Origin: Myxococcota bacterium
GTDB lineage: Bacteria; Myxococcota_A; UBA796; SXON01
Assembly (NCBI GenBank): GCA_040386535.1
Contig: JAZKFH010000038.1
Coordinates: 151,016-215,015, forward strand
DNA: 64,000 nucleotides
Direction of reading: 5' to 3'
The position numbers and the translations under genes were made by a program. This document shows, piece after piece, positions 19,027-28,064 of the stretch. Numbering within the stretch: the first letter of the stretch is position 1; each line of letters opens with the position of its first letter. The notes beneath the pieces were generated by a model. It searched no databases. It was not told the DNA's origin and saw nothing but the letters and a program-made list of their open reading frames with translations.

Positions 19027-20459
19027 GAGCGCCTCCGCACGAGGAGCAACAGGGGGGCCAGGCCCCACCACAGCGGAGGGGTAGAAGTGGAGGCGCATCC
19101 GCACGCGGCGGGCTCTTCCTCTTCGACAGGCAGCGGATCGTCGGCGGGGTAGAGCGCCTCCAGCATGCCGACCGCGGAGAGGCCGCCCCACCCGTAGGTG
19201 TCGTTTCGGCCCGACTCGTCGACCGGCATGAAGGGGGAGGGGACGGCGGTGGTGACGAGCAGATCCATCAGGTCGGCGGCCGAGAGGGTCGGGTCCTGCG
19301 CGACGGCCCACGCCGCGAGCCCGCTCGCCACCGGCGCCGCGGCGCTCGTGCCACCAAACGTGGTGGTCACGCCGTTGCCCGGCACGATGGTCACGGTGGC
19401 GCTCGGCGCGGCCAGATCGACCGCCGGGCCGGTGTTGGTATAGTTGGTCGGGTAGCCGTAGCTGTCACTCGCGGAGACACACAACACGTCTTCGAGGTCC
19501 TGCAACTCGCCGCTGTCGATGACACGATCGTCATTGCCGGCGGCGAACACCACCAAGGCTCCCAGCCCCCCGCGCGGCTCCGTGGCGGCGCGGTGGATGA
19601 CCGCGGCCAGCGCCTCGGGCACCGGAAAGCTCTCGGTGAACCCCCACGAGTTGTTGATGACCGCCACGTCCATCGCGATGGCGTGTTCGAACGCCCGCAC
19701 GTCGGCCGAGAGCGGCGTGCCGCTCCCCTCGCCGAGCAGCTTGATGGGGACCAACGTGCAGCTCGCGCACATCCCCACGATGCCCGCCGCGTTGTTCGCT
19801 CGCGCCGCGACGACGCCGCTCACGGACGTGCCATGCTCGTCACAAATCGTGGTGCCGCCGCTGGAACAATACTCGCCGGGCTCGGGCCGCGGATCGTCGT
19901 CGTCACTCCACGCGTCGTAGGGCGCCTGCACCGCGTCGACGAGGTCGGCGTGGTCGATGTCGATCCCCGAGTCGATGACCGCGACCCACGTGTCCGCGCC
20001 GCCCATCGACACCGCGAACAGGCGCTCCATCTCGAGCTTCTCGAGGTACCACTGCCCGCCGTAGCTCGGGTCGTCGAACGAGAGCTCCTCGGAGGAGCCC
20101 GACGGGCCCTGCGGCAGCAGCACGTCGGGGAACACGTGGGTGAACCCCGGCGTGGCGGCGAGCATCGTTGCTGTCGCGATGGGATCCCGCGCGGAAACGA
20201 GCCACGACGGGCCTCCGAGCCATTCGGCGCCCTCGGGCGGCGCGACTCCGTCCGCCACGGTGACGACCACGGCGGCGCGCGACGGCAGCTCGACGCCGGG
20301 CCGGCCGTGCGTGCCCGGGAAACGATACACCGGGTATCCGGCGGACACCCGCACGAGCACCGGCGGCGCGTCCGGATCGAAGCGGAGCCGCGCGGGCGCT
20401 GCCCCGGAGGCGGTCGCGTGGGGGAGGAGCGCGAGGCCCAGGAGCGTTGGCAGCAGCAT
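19023..20459 (-). CDS. S8 (subtilisin) serine peptidase with MYXO-CTERM tail
   Basis: Catalytic triad VAVIDSG, HGTSVSG, GTSAAAP; oxyanion AAGN; ACGCAS...LLLLVRRRS. Confidence 0.93.
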   Translation of the reverse strand: MLLPTLLGLALLPHATASGAAPARLRFDPDAPPVLVRVSAGYPVYRFPGTHGRPGVELPSRAAVVVTVADGVAPPEGAEWLGGPSWLVSARDPIATATMLAATPGFTHVFPDVLLPQGPSGSSEELSFDDPSYGGQWYLEKLEMERLFAVSMGGADTWVAVIDSGIDIDHADLVDAVQAPYDAWSDDDDPRPEPGEYCSSGGTTICDEHGTSVSGVVAARANNAAGIVGMCASCTLVPIKLLGEGSGTPLSADVRAFEHAIAMDVAVINNSWGFTESFPVPEALAAVIHRAATEPRGGLGALVVFAAGNDDRVIDSGELQDLEDVLCVSASDSYGYPTNYTNTGPAVDLAAPSATVTIVPGNGVTTTFGGTSAAAPVASGLAAWAVAQDPTLSAADLMDLLVTTAVPSPFMPVDESGRNDTYGWGGLSAVGMLEALYPADDPLPVEEEEPAACGCASTSTPPLWWGLAPLLLLVRRRS

Positions 20460-20493
20460 CCACCCGAGGATATCGAGCGCCCGTGAGGTCCGC

Positions 20494-21240
20494 ATGCGCT
20501 TTCTCCCCGCCCTCCTTCTCCTCGGCTGCCCGGAGCCGGGCTTGGACAAGGGTGGCGACGACACCGCGGCCTCGACCCTCGAGCCGGTCTGCACCGAGCC
20601 CGAGCCTCCCACCTGTGTCGACGAGATGATCCTCGATCTCTCCCTGCACGACGACAAGGTGACCGAGGGCGAGGTCACCACCGAGACCGACGGGGACGAT
20701 TTCGTCACCTCCATCGACGCGAGCGCCGGCGGTTACAGCCAGGCCGCCGAGAACGCCTGGGTCTACGTCCGCTTCGGGTCCGACGGCGCCGAGCGCATCG
20801 ACATCGACGACGAGACCGCGCTCGAAGACATGACCTGGCACCTCGCCCTCCGCCGCTTCATCGTGCGCATCAACAGCGGCGACAGCGGCTCCTCTTGTGT
20901 CGGCGCGGCCGCCATGATCGGCTTCGAGTACGCCGACATCACCGAGGTTCCCGAGGGCATCACCTACCTCGAAGACGACTACTACACCGACGACTGCACC
21001 ATCATCAACGACTCCTCCGGCCTCCCCGGCAGCCCCCAAGTGGCGATGGGCGCCTGGTGGTCCTACTCGAGCTGCGTCGAGACCACCGAAACCCCCATGC
21101 TCCTCCAACTCGAAGACGGCCGCGTCATCAAGCTCGTCATCGAGAAGTACTACGCCGACGAAGGCCAGAACCAGTGCAACAACCGCGGCAGCACCGACGC
21201 GGAGAGCGGCTTCTACCAGATCCGGTGGGCGGAGCTCTAA
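20494..21240 (+). CDS. hmuY: HmuY-family lipoprotein
   Basis: LLLLGC lipobox; IDASAGG...WVYVRF, WHLALRRFIVRINSG, KLVIEKYY...GFYQIRW pattern. Confidence 0.75.
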   Translation: MRFLPALLLLGCPEPGLDKGGDDTAASTLEPVCTEPEPPTCVDEMILDLSLHDDKVTEGEVTTETDGDDFVTSIDASAGGYSQAAENAWVYVRFGSDGAERIDIDDETALEDMTWHLALRRFIVRINSGDSGSSCVGAAAMIGFEYADITEVPEGITYLEDDYYTDDCTIINDSSGLPGSPQVAMGAWWSYSSCVETTETPMLLQLEDGRVIKLVIEKYYADEGQNQCNNRGSTDAESGFYQIRWAEL

Positions 21241-21595
21241 GCTCCTCTTTCGTTCAGGCTTGACGAGCGCTGCGGAGGCGTCCGAGTCCGAGTACGGGCC
21301 GTGGGGATACGGCCAACCTGGGCGCCTCCCCCGCTCGACAACCACGATCCGTCAGGAGGGGTGTGGCCCGCCTGCAGCCGGGTCCGCCGGGGGGGCCCCT
21401 TTGGGGGGAACCGGCGGGGGCCCCCCTCACGCCTCGCTTTGCGCTCGGCTCCGGGGGCGGGCGTCGTTCGCTGGCGGGCTTGCCGCCCGCCTCCCTCGCA
21501 GTGCTCGGGCCGCTCACTGTGCGAGCCCTAGCGGGCTCCGGATGCGGTTCTGGCGGGCCGCGCCCCTCCGGTGAGCGGAACGCAGGTTTCGACGG

Positions 21596-22819
21596 TCAGG
21601 AAGCCCAGATCTTGACCGTCTCCCCAATGAAATCGAGCATCCGCCGACACTCGTCATAGTCCGGATGACGAACGTGCATCCACCCGTGCCCCATGTACCC
21701 CGCCCCCACATCCGCCGTCCGCTGCCCGATCGCCGGCAGGTGTACCTCCCCGAGCCAGCGGCCGTAGCGCTCCTGGACGATGTCGAGCCCGGAGTAGCCG
21801 GTGATTCGCCCGTCCTGCGAGGGGCGCAAGCTGATGAGGCCGGCGCTGTAGTTGCGTGAGGGGCGCGGCCGCGCCTCGCCGTGCGTCAGCGCGCGCGCCC
21901 ACTCCACGTACAGATCGATGTCATTGGCCCAGCAGTACAGGTCCCAGAAGCGGACCCCCGGCGGCCGCGCGCCGATCTCGCTGAACGTCAGCCCCTTCGG
22001 CCCGAAGAACCACTCCATGTGGGTCGGCGCGGTGCCGATCCCGAGCTCGCGCACCACCTTGCGCCCCATCGCCTTGAGCTCGTCGTAGCCCGACGCGTCG
22101 ATGCGGTTGGTCGTGACGATGTAGGGGCTGATCCAACGGTTGCGCATCGCGTCGAGCACGTTGGGGTAGTAGTGGGAAACGGCCTCGAACACGACCTCGC
22201 CGTTGCAGGTGAGCGTGTCGTAGAAACCCTCGTGCCCGCTCACGAACTCCTCGATCGTGATGAAGCGCCGCGCCTGCCCGAGCCCGTTGGCGGCCAACGC
22301 CGCCTCCAGCCCCGCGTCGTCATCGACTTTGAACGTGCCGGCCGCGCCCGCGCCGTCCCGCGGCTTGACGACCACCGGGTACCCCACTGACCGCACGAAC
22401 CGCCGCGCGTCCTCCGCGGTGTCGACCGCCGCGTTGCGCGCGCAGGGCACGCCGTGCTCGCGCAGGTACTGCTTCATGATGAACTTGTCGCGGCAGAGCA
22501 GCACTTTTTCGACCGACAGGCCCGGGATGTCCGTCGCCTCGCGCACGCGCGCGGTGGTGAGCATCATCGCCTCGACCGTGCACTCCAGGCGGTCGACCCA
22601 CTCGCGCTTCTGCACGCGGCGCACGGCGTTGGTGAGCGCGCCCTCGTCCGAGAGGGAGGAGATGTGCTCGTAGCCGTGCAGCCAGCTCTTCAGCTCGGGA
22701 TCGAGGTGGTTGGGCGGCACGTCGCCGATGCCGGTGACCTTGGCGCCCACGGCGTGCAGCGCGCGGACGAACTGCCGCTGGTTCGCGGGGAAGTTGGGGG
22801 CCATGAACAAGACGTGCAT
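21596..22819 (-). CDS. ATP-grasp domain protein (paralog 1)
   Basis: RDKFIMK, GYPVVVKPRDGAGAAGTF, EEFVSGHE, THMEWF, SEIGARPPG. Confidence 0.9.
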   Translation of the reverse strand: MHVLFMAPNFPANQRQFVRALHAVGAKVTGIGDVPPNHLDPELKSWLHGYEHISSLSDEGALTNAVRRVQKREWVDRLECTVEAMMLTTARVREATDIPGLSVEKVLLCRDKFIMKQYLREHGVPCARNAAVDTAEDARRFVRSVGYPVVVKPRDGAGAAGTFKVDDDAGLEAALAANGLGQARRFITIEEFVSGHEGFYDTLTCNGEVVFEAVSHYYPNVLDAMRNRWISPYIVTTNRIDASGYDELKAMGRKVVRELGIGTAPTHMEWFFGPKGLTFSEIGARPPGVRFWDLYCWANDIDLYVEWARALTHGEARPRPSRNYSAGLISLRPSQDGRITGYSGLDIVQERYGRWLGEVHLPAIGQRTADVGAGYMGHGWMHVRHPDYDECRRMLDFIGETVKIWAS

Positions 22820-22848
22820 AGGGCGCTCCGGGCGGGACGGAAGGTCTG

Positions 22849-24054
22849 CTAGGAATAGTGGACGTTGATGGTCGAGATCAGCGTCGAGAGCGCGTCGGTC
22901 ACGACGTGGGTGTCCGGGTGGCGCACGATGACGTAGCCCTCGCCCTCGTAGCCGGTGGCGCGCGGGCGCCCGACGACGGGGAGCTTCGCCTCGACCACGA
23001 GGTGGCCGACCTTGCGCTGGGCCTCTTCGAGGCCGTCGATCCGGGACACCTTGCCCTGGCCGCCGCCGCGCAGAAAAGCGATGCCGGCGCTGTACTTGCG
23101 GTCGAACGAGCCGTGCACGCGCCCGTCGATCATCGCGTGCGCCCACGCGGCGTACATGCTGCGGTCGTGCGCCCACGACATCAGCGAGGTGAACTGGGCG
23201 CCCGGCGGGCGCGCGCCCACCTCGGAGATCACCGGCGTGCCGTCGGGACGGCGGAACCACTCCATGTGCGTGAACGCGGTGCCGAGGCCGAGGGCGCGGT
23301 TGGCCTCGAAGCCGACCTTGCGCACCGCGTCGAACTCCGAGCCGATCTCGCGCGGCAGGTACACACACCACTGCACCCAATCGTTCCGCATCACGTCGAG
23401 CGGGCCGGGCAGGTAGCGCCCGATGTTGTGGAACACCGGCCGCCCGTCGATCGTGATCGTGTCGAACGAGTGCTCCTCGCCCTGGATGAACTCCTCGGCG
23501 AGCGCCTCGCGGTCCGGTGCGGGCCTCAGCTCGGCGAGCGCGCCGTGCAGATCGTCGGGAGAGTTGATCTGGTAGGTGGCGCGGCAACCCGCGCCGTCGG
23601 GCGGCTTGACGACGATGGGGTAGCCCACCTGCTCGATGAACCGCCACGCGTCCTGCGCGCTCTGGAGGCGGGCGTGGCGCGCGGTCGGGAGGCCCGCGGC
23701 GCGCAGGGCCGACTTCATGACGCCCTTGTCGCGGAAGCGCCGCGCCACGTCGGGCGTGATGCCGGGCAGGCCGAGCGCGACCCGGGCCTCGGCGAGCTGG
23801 TCCTGGATGTTCTCCAGGATGCCGAGGATGCAGTGGGCGCCGCCCGTGCGGGCCATGATCTGCCGCGAGGCGTCCACGATCACGTCGGTACGCGTGGCGT
23901 CGCTCACCTTCCAGTGGAAGGCCCCGGCGGGCACTTTGTAGGCGTCATCCTGGGTGAGTACGACGAGGCGCACGTTGGGTACGCTGGCGGCGGCCTGGAC
24001 GAACTTGAGGGTGGCGTCGAGCAGGAAAGGGGCGACGAACAGGACGGTGCGCAT
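22849..24054 (-). CDS. ATP-grasp domain protein (paralog 2)
   Basis: RDKGVMK, GYPIVVKPPDGAG, EEFIQGEE, THMEWF, SEVGARPPG. Confidence 0.9.
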   Translation of the reverse strand: MRTVLFVAPFLLDATLKFVQAAASVPNVRLVVLTQDDAYKVPAGAFHWKVSDATRTDVIVDASRQIMARTGGAHCILGILENIQDQLAEARVALGLPGITPDVARRFRDKGVMKSALRAAGLPTARHARLQSAQDAWRFIEQVGYPIVVKPPDGAGCRATYQINSPDDLHGALAELRPAPDREALAEEFIQGEEHSFDTITIDGRPVFHNIGRYLPGPLDVMRNDWVQWCVYLPREIGSEFDAVRKVGFEANRALGLGTAFTHMEWFRRPDGTPVISEVGARPPGAQFTSLMSWAHDRSMYAAWAHAMIDGRVHGSFDRKYSAGIAFLRGGGQGKVSRIDGLEEAQRKVGHLVVEAKLPVVGRPRATGYEGEGYVIVRHPDTHVVTDALSTLISTINVHYS

Positions 24055-24166
24055 CACGTCGGGCCCTATCGCCGAATCGGCCGCGGGGCTACGGTTTCCC
24101 GCAGTCGACCCCGCGCGGGCGGGGGGCGCCGGATCGGTTAGAGTCCGACGGATCGCGAGGCTACCC

Positions 24167-25525
24167 TTGTTCGTCCTGCTCCTCTCCGCAGCCCTGGCCG
24201 CCCCCACCGCCCCGCACTTGCCCTCCGCGGCGTCGCCCGCGTCGGCGCCCGACCGCGGGCCGTTGGCGGCCCCCGGCGCCCCGGAGTCCGACGAGCTGTT
24301 CCGCGCCTTCGTCGCGCAGGGCGCAGAGCGGGAGCCGGTCGCGCTCGCGGGGTCCGGGGCCCGCCTCCTCGACGTGTACCAGGCGGGTGACCTCGCCATC
24401 CTCCACGACGCGGACGGGGAGTGGTTCGCCGAGGCGCTCACCCAGGGTGGGGACCCCTTGGCTTGGATGCTCGGCTCGCTCGAGGCCGCCTTCTACAAGA
24501 AGTACGAGGACGACTATCAGTACCTCACCGTCCTCTTGGTGAAGGACTTCGGGATCTTCGCCGCGTTCTACTCGCCCATGGCGAACGACGTGCGGGGCAT
24601 CGGCTACGACAGCATGTTCGCCGGTGAGGAGTTCGACTTCACGTCGAACCAGCTCGATGGCTTCATCTTCATGAACTACTACGGCCTGTGGACCGAGAGC
24701 CCCGATGTCGGGCGCTACGTGTTCGGCCAGGAGTTCATGCACCGGTGGGGCTCCTTCGTGAACATCGAGAAGGAGGGCCTGGACGCGGAGGCGCTGCTCG
24801 GCCGTGACACCGCGCATTGGTCCTACTTCATGAGCACGCCCAACTCGCCGATGGAGGGCAACACCTGGCTCGACAACGGTGACGGCACGTGGACCACCGA
24901 GAACGACGGCGTGTCCACCTACAGTGACCTCGACCTGTACCTGATGGGCCTCGTGGGCCCCGACGAGGTGGGGCCGCAGTCCCTGCTCCTGGTCGACGAG
25001 GCCGAGGCCACCGCCGCCGGCATCGAGGCGGCGAGCACGCCGGAATACCTCAATCGTTACAGTGGCGGCAACAACGTGACGTTGGCGGGTACGCCCGTCA
25101 GCTTCACGGTCGACGACATCATCGCCGCCGAGGGGGCACGCATCCCGTCGGTCGAGGACAGCCCCAAGGACTTCCGCATGGCGTTCCTGGTGCTCGTGCT
25201 CTCCGAGGACACCTTCGGGGAGGCCGAGATCGCCGAGATCGACGAGGTGCGGCGCACCTGGGAGGCCGATTGGGAGGAGGACGTGGGCTTCCGCGCCGAC
25301 CTCGACACCACCCTCGGCAACTCCACCGCGCCCACCTGGGGCGAGCCTGTCGACGGAGAGGACGACACCGCGGTCGACACGGACACCGTGGATTGTTGCA
25401 AGACACAGGTCGACGAGGAGCCCGAGGGCTGCGGCTGCACGAGCACCGGTGGTCCCGGTGGCCTGGCCGTCGGCGCGCTCGCGCTCGTGGCGCTCCTCGG
25501 CGCCCGTAGGGAGGCGCGCTCGTGA
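24167..25525 (+). CDS. Secreted metallopeptidase-like protein with MYXO-CTERM tail (start uncertain)
   Basis: Signal peptide; QEFMHRWG...HWSYF...SPMEGNTW...YSDLDLYLMGL; GCGC, transmembrane helix and RR. Confidence 0.75.
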   Translation: MFVLLLSAALAAPTAPHLPSAASPASAPDRGPLAAPGAPESDELFRAFVAQGAEREPVALAGSGARLLDVYQAGDLAILHDADGEWFAEALTQGGDPLAWMLGSLEAAFYKKYEDDYQYLTVLLVKDFGIFAAFYSPMANDVRGIGYDSMFAGEEFDFTSNQLDGFIFMNYYGLWTESPDVGRYVFGQEFMHRWGSFVNIEKEGLDAEALLGRDTAHWSYFMSTPNSPMEGNTWLDNGDGTWTTENDGVSTYSDLDLYLMGLVGPDEVGPQSLLLVDEAEATAAGIEAASTPEYLNRYSGGNNVTLAGTPVSFTVDDIIAAEGARIPSVEDSPKDFRMAFLVLVLSEDTFGEAEIAEIDEVRRTWEADWEEDVGFRADLDTTLGNSTAPTWGEPVDGEDDTAVDTDTVDCCKTQVDEEPEGCGCTSTGGPGGLAVGALALVALLGARREARS

Positions 25526-26730
25526 AGGTACTGTTCCTCTCGCCCAACTACCCGCTCGAGATGCAGGACTTCACCCGCGGCCTCGCCGAGGTGGGCGCCG
25601 ACGTGGTGGGGGTGGGGGACACCCCGCGCGAGGGGCTCTCTCCCAAGGTCAAGTCCCACCTCGCGGGCTACCTGCGCGTGCCGCTCCAGGACAGCCAGGC
25701 CGTGCTCGCCGCCGTGCGTGCCACGGGCGTGCGGTTCGACCGCGTGGAGTGCCTGTGGGAGCCCTTCGTGGAGCTCGCCGCGTGGCTGCGCGAACAGTTG
25801 GACGTGCCCGGCATGTCGCTCGACACCGCGCGCGCCTTCCGTGACAAGGAGCTGATGAAGCAGCGCGTCGAGGCCGCCGGCCTGCGCGTGCCCCACCACA
25901 CGCGCGCCAACACGCGCGAAGAGGTCTGGGCCGCCGCGGAGCGGTTTGGTTTCCCGCTCATCCTCAAGCCCATCGCGGGCGCCGGCAGCGCTGACACGTT
26001 CCGGGTCGATGACACCAAGGAGCTCGAAGTCGCCCTGGCGCGCACGGCCCACGTGCCCGAGGTGAGCGTCGAGGAGTTCGTGGACGGCGAGGAGTTCACC
26101 TTCGACACCGTGTGTATCGACGGAAAGCCCGCCTACGCCAACGTCGCGCAGTACCACCCACGCCCGCTGCAGGCGCGCTCCAACGAGTGGATCAGCCCCA
26201 TCGTCGTCACCATCCGTGACATGTGGGCGCCCAAGTACCAACCGGGCATCGAGCTCGGCCTGGGCGTATTGGGCGCGCTGAACATGGGCAGCGGGTTCAC
26301 CCACATGGAGTGGTACAAGAAGGCCAACGGGGAGGTCGTGTTCGGCGAGATCGGCGCGCGCTCGCCCGGCGGCCACCTCGTCGACCAGATGAATTGGACC
26401 GGCGACATCGACATCTACCGCGAGTGGGCGCGGGCGGTGTGTTGGAAGTCCTTCGAGGGTGACACGCGTCGCACCTACAACGTCGCGATCATCTTCAAGC
26501 GCGCCCTCGGCGAGGGCCGCATCCAGCGCATCGAGGGCCTCGACGCGTACCTTGCACGCTACGGCTCCCACGTCGTGGCGGAGCAGCTCCTCCGCCCCGG
26601 CTCGCCCCGCCGCGATTGGCTCCAGACCCTCGTGAGCGACGGGTTCGTGTGTGTACGCCACCCCGACCTGAACGCAACGCTCCAGATGGCGCAGGCCGCG
26701 GCGACGGGGATCACGATGTACGCGGGGTGA
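25522..26730 (+). CDS. ATP-grasp domain protein (paralog 3)
   Basis: LFLSPNYP, RDKELMK, GFPLILKPIAGAGSADTF, THMEWY, GEIGARSPG; GTG overlaps the upstream stop. Confidence 0.9.
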   Translation: MKVLFLSPNYPLEMQDFTRGLAEVGADVVGVGDTPREGLSPKVKSHLAGYLRVPLQDSQAVLAAVRATGVRFDRVECLWEPFVELAAWLREQLDVPGMSLDTARAFRDKELMKQRVEAAGLRVPHHTRANTREEVWAAAERFGFPLILKPIAGAGSADTFRVDDTKELEVALARTAHVPEVSVEEFVDGEEFTFDTVCIDGKPAYANVAQYHPRPLQARSNEWISPIVVTIRDMWAPKYQPGIELGLGVLGALNMGSGFTHMEWYKKANGEVVFGEIGARSPGGHLVDQMNWTGDIDIYREWARAVCWKSFEGDTRRTYNVAIIFKRALGEGRIQRIEGLDAYLARYGSHVVAEQLLRPGSPRRDWLQTLVSDGFVCVRHPDLNATLQMAQAAATGITMYAG

Positions 26731-26747
26731 GCGGTGGGCGGTGGCCC

Positions 26748-27155
26748 CTACGCTGCCGCTACCGACACGCGCCGCCGGGTCGCCAACCACGCTCCGGCCA
26801 GGATGCACGGAATCGCGCTGACGGGGATCGAGACCGCGTACCACAGGGGCCCGAGGGCGTCCCCGCCCGCCACGCCGGCCGCGAGGCCCGCGAGGCCGCC
26901 AAGCGTGCCGAGGGCCGCGAGTGCCCAGGCGTGGCGCATGGGCGCGTGTGGGGCGAGCCGCGCCGTCACCCAACCGCCGACGACGGTGAACGCGGCGCGG
27001 TAGACGGCCGGGAGCACGAACATCGCGTCCGGCATGCGTACGCCGAGCGGCGGGAACACGCCGGTGGCGTGCATCACGGCGTCGGTGCCGATGGAGAGCA
27101 CCGCGGTCGCGAGGAAGCCCGCGACGACGGCGCCGATGCTCCTGCCCCAGCTCAT
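26748..27155 (-). CDS. Small hypothetical membrane protein
   Basis: Four hydrophobic segments; ATGA overlap with the SRPBCC gene. Confidence 0.8.
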   Translation of the reverse strand: MSWGRSIGAVVAGFLATAVLSIGTDAVMHATGVFPPLGVRMPDAMFVLPAVYRAAFTVVGGWVTARLAPHAPMRHAWALAALGTLGGLAGLAAGVAGGDALGPLWYAVSIPVSAIPCILAGAWLATRRRVSVAAA

Positions 27156-27646
27156 GCCGACTTCCGCGCGAGCAACGCTTCGAGCTTGCCGAGCTCGCTG
27201 GTCCAGCCCGCGGTCGCGCGGTCGGTCCACATCTGGTCGTGCATCGCGTCGAACGTGCACACCATCCGGACGCCACTCTCGGCCGGGAACAGCTCGATGA
27301 GCGAGCTCGTGTCGTACGCGGGGACGCCCGGCACGAAGTCGACGGGGTGGGTGTAGGCGAGGCGCCGGGGCACGCTCACCTCGGCGTAGGTGATGGTGTG
27401 GACCGTGGCGGTCGGCATGCCGTTCTGCTTCATGAACGCGATGGTGCCGGGGTCGCTGGCTGCCATCGTGTATTGGAGCTTGCCTCCGGGACGCAAATCG
27501 AGCGCCTGCACAGTGACCGCGAAGCCCTCGGGGCCCCACCAGGACTCGATGCCCGCGGGTGTGGTCCAGAGCGCCCAGACCTCCTCGAGCGAGGCGTGGA
27601 AGGTGCGCTCCAAGGAGATGCGGCGCTTGGGATCGGGCTGGGTCAT
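27152..27646 (-). CDS. SRPBCC / AHSA1-like domain protein
   Basis: ERTFHASLEEVWALWT...WWGPEGF...DLRPGG...GWTSELGKL. Confidence 0.9.
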   Translation of the reverse strand: MTQPDPKRRISLERTFHASLEEVWALWTTPAGIESWWGPEGFAVTVQALDLRPGGKLQYTMAASDPGTIAFMKQNGMPTATVHTITYAEVSVPRRLAYTHPVDFVPGVPAYDTSSLIELFPAESGVRMVCTFDAMHDQMWTDRATAGWTSELGKLEALLARKSA

Positions 27647-27996
27647 ATCGATTCATCCGTCTTGAGGGTGCGTGTGGGGGTGTGTGCGGCTTGTTGGCGT
27701 TCGAGGGCGGCGCCGAACCGATCGAGTCGGGCCTCCCAGACCTGGCGGTAGCCGGCGAGCCAGGCGTCGAGCTCGCGGAACGGTTCTTCGCGCAACGAGT
27801 AGAGGCGGCGCTGCCCGTCGGCACGCGCCTTTACCAGGCCCGCCTCGTGCAGGATGCGGAGGTGCCGCGACACGCCGCTCTGCTGGATGTCCACCCGCTT
27901 GACGAGGTCGCCCACGGCGCACTCCCCGCCGCGCAAGGCTTCGAGGATGCACAACCGTGTGGGGTCGGCGAGGGTCTGGAAGAGGGAGGTGTCCAT
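27643..27996 (-). CDS. ArsR/SmtB family transcriptional regulator
   Basis: FQTLADPTRLCIL...QSGVSRHLRILHEAGLV...GQRRLYSL. Confidence 0.93.
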   Translation of the reverse strand: MDTSLFQTLADPTRLCILEALRGGECAVGDLVKRVDIQQSGVSRHLRILHEAGLVKARADGQRRLYSLREEPFRELDAWLAGYRQVWEARLDRFGAALERQQAAHTPTRTLKTDESI

Positions 27997-28006
27997 GAGC
28001 GTGTAT

Positions 28007-28036
28007 ATACATACCGCTGCATGTATCGGGCGTCAA
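28007..28036 (-). promoter_or_regulatory. Putative ArsR operator (ATACAT-N8-ATGTAT) with -35-like TTGACG
   Basis: AT-rich inverted repeat 28007-28026 just upstream of arsR; TTGACG on the minus strand at 28036-28031. Confidence 0.6.
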
Positions 28037-28064
28037 GCGCGTCCCTCCGGCCAACTTCGACTGC

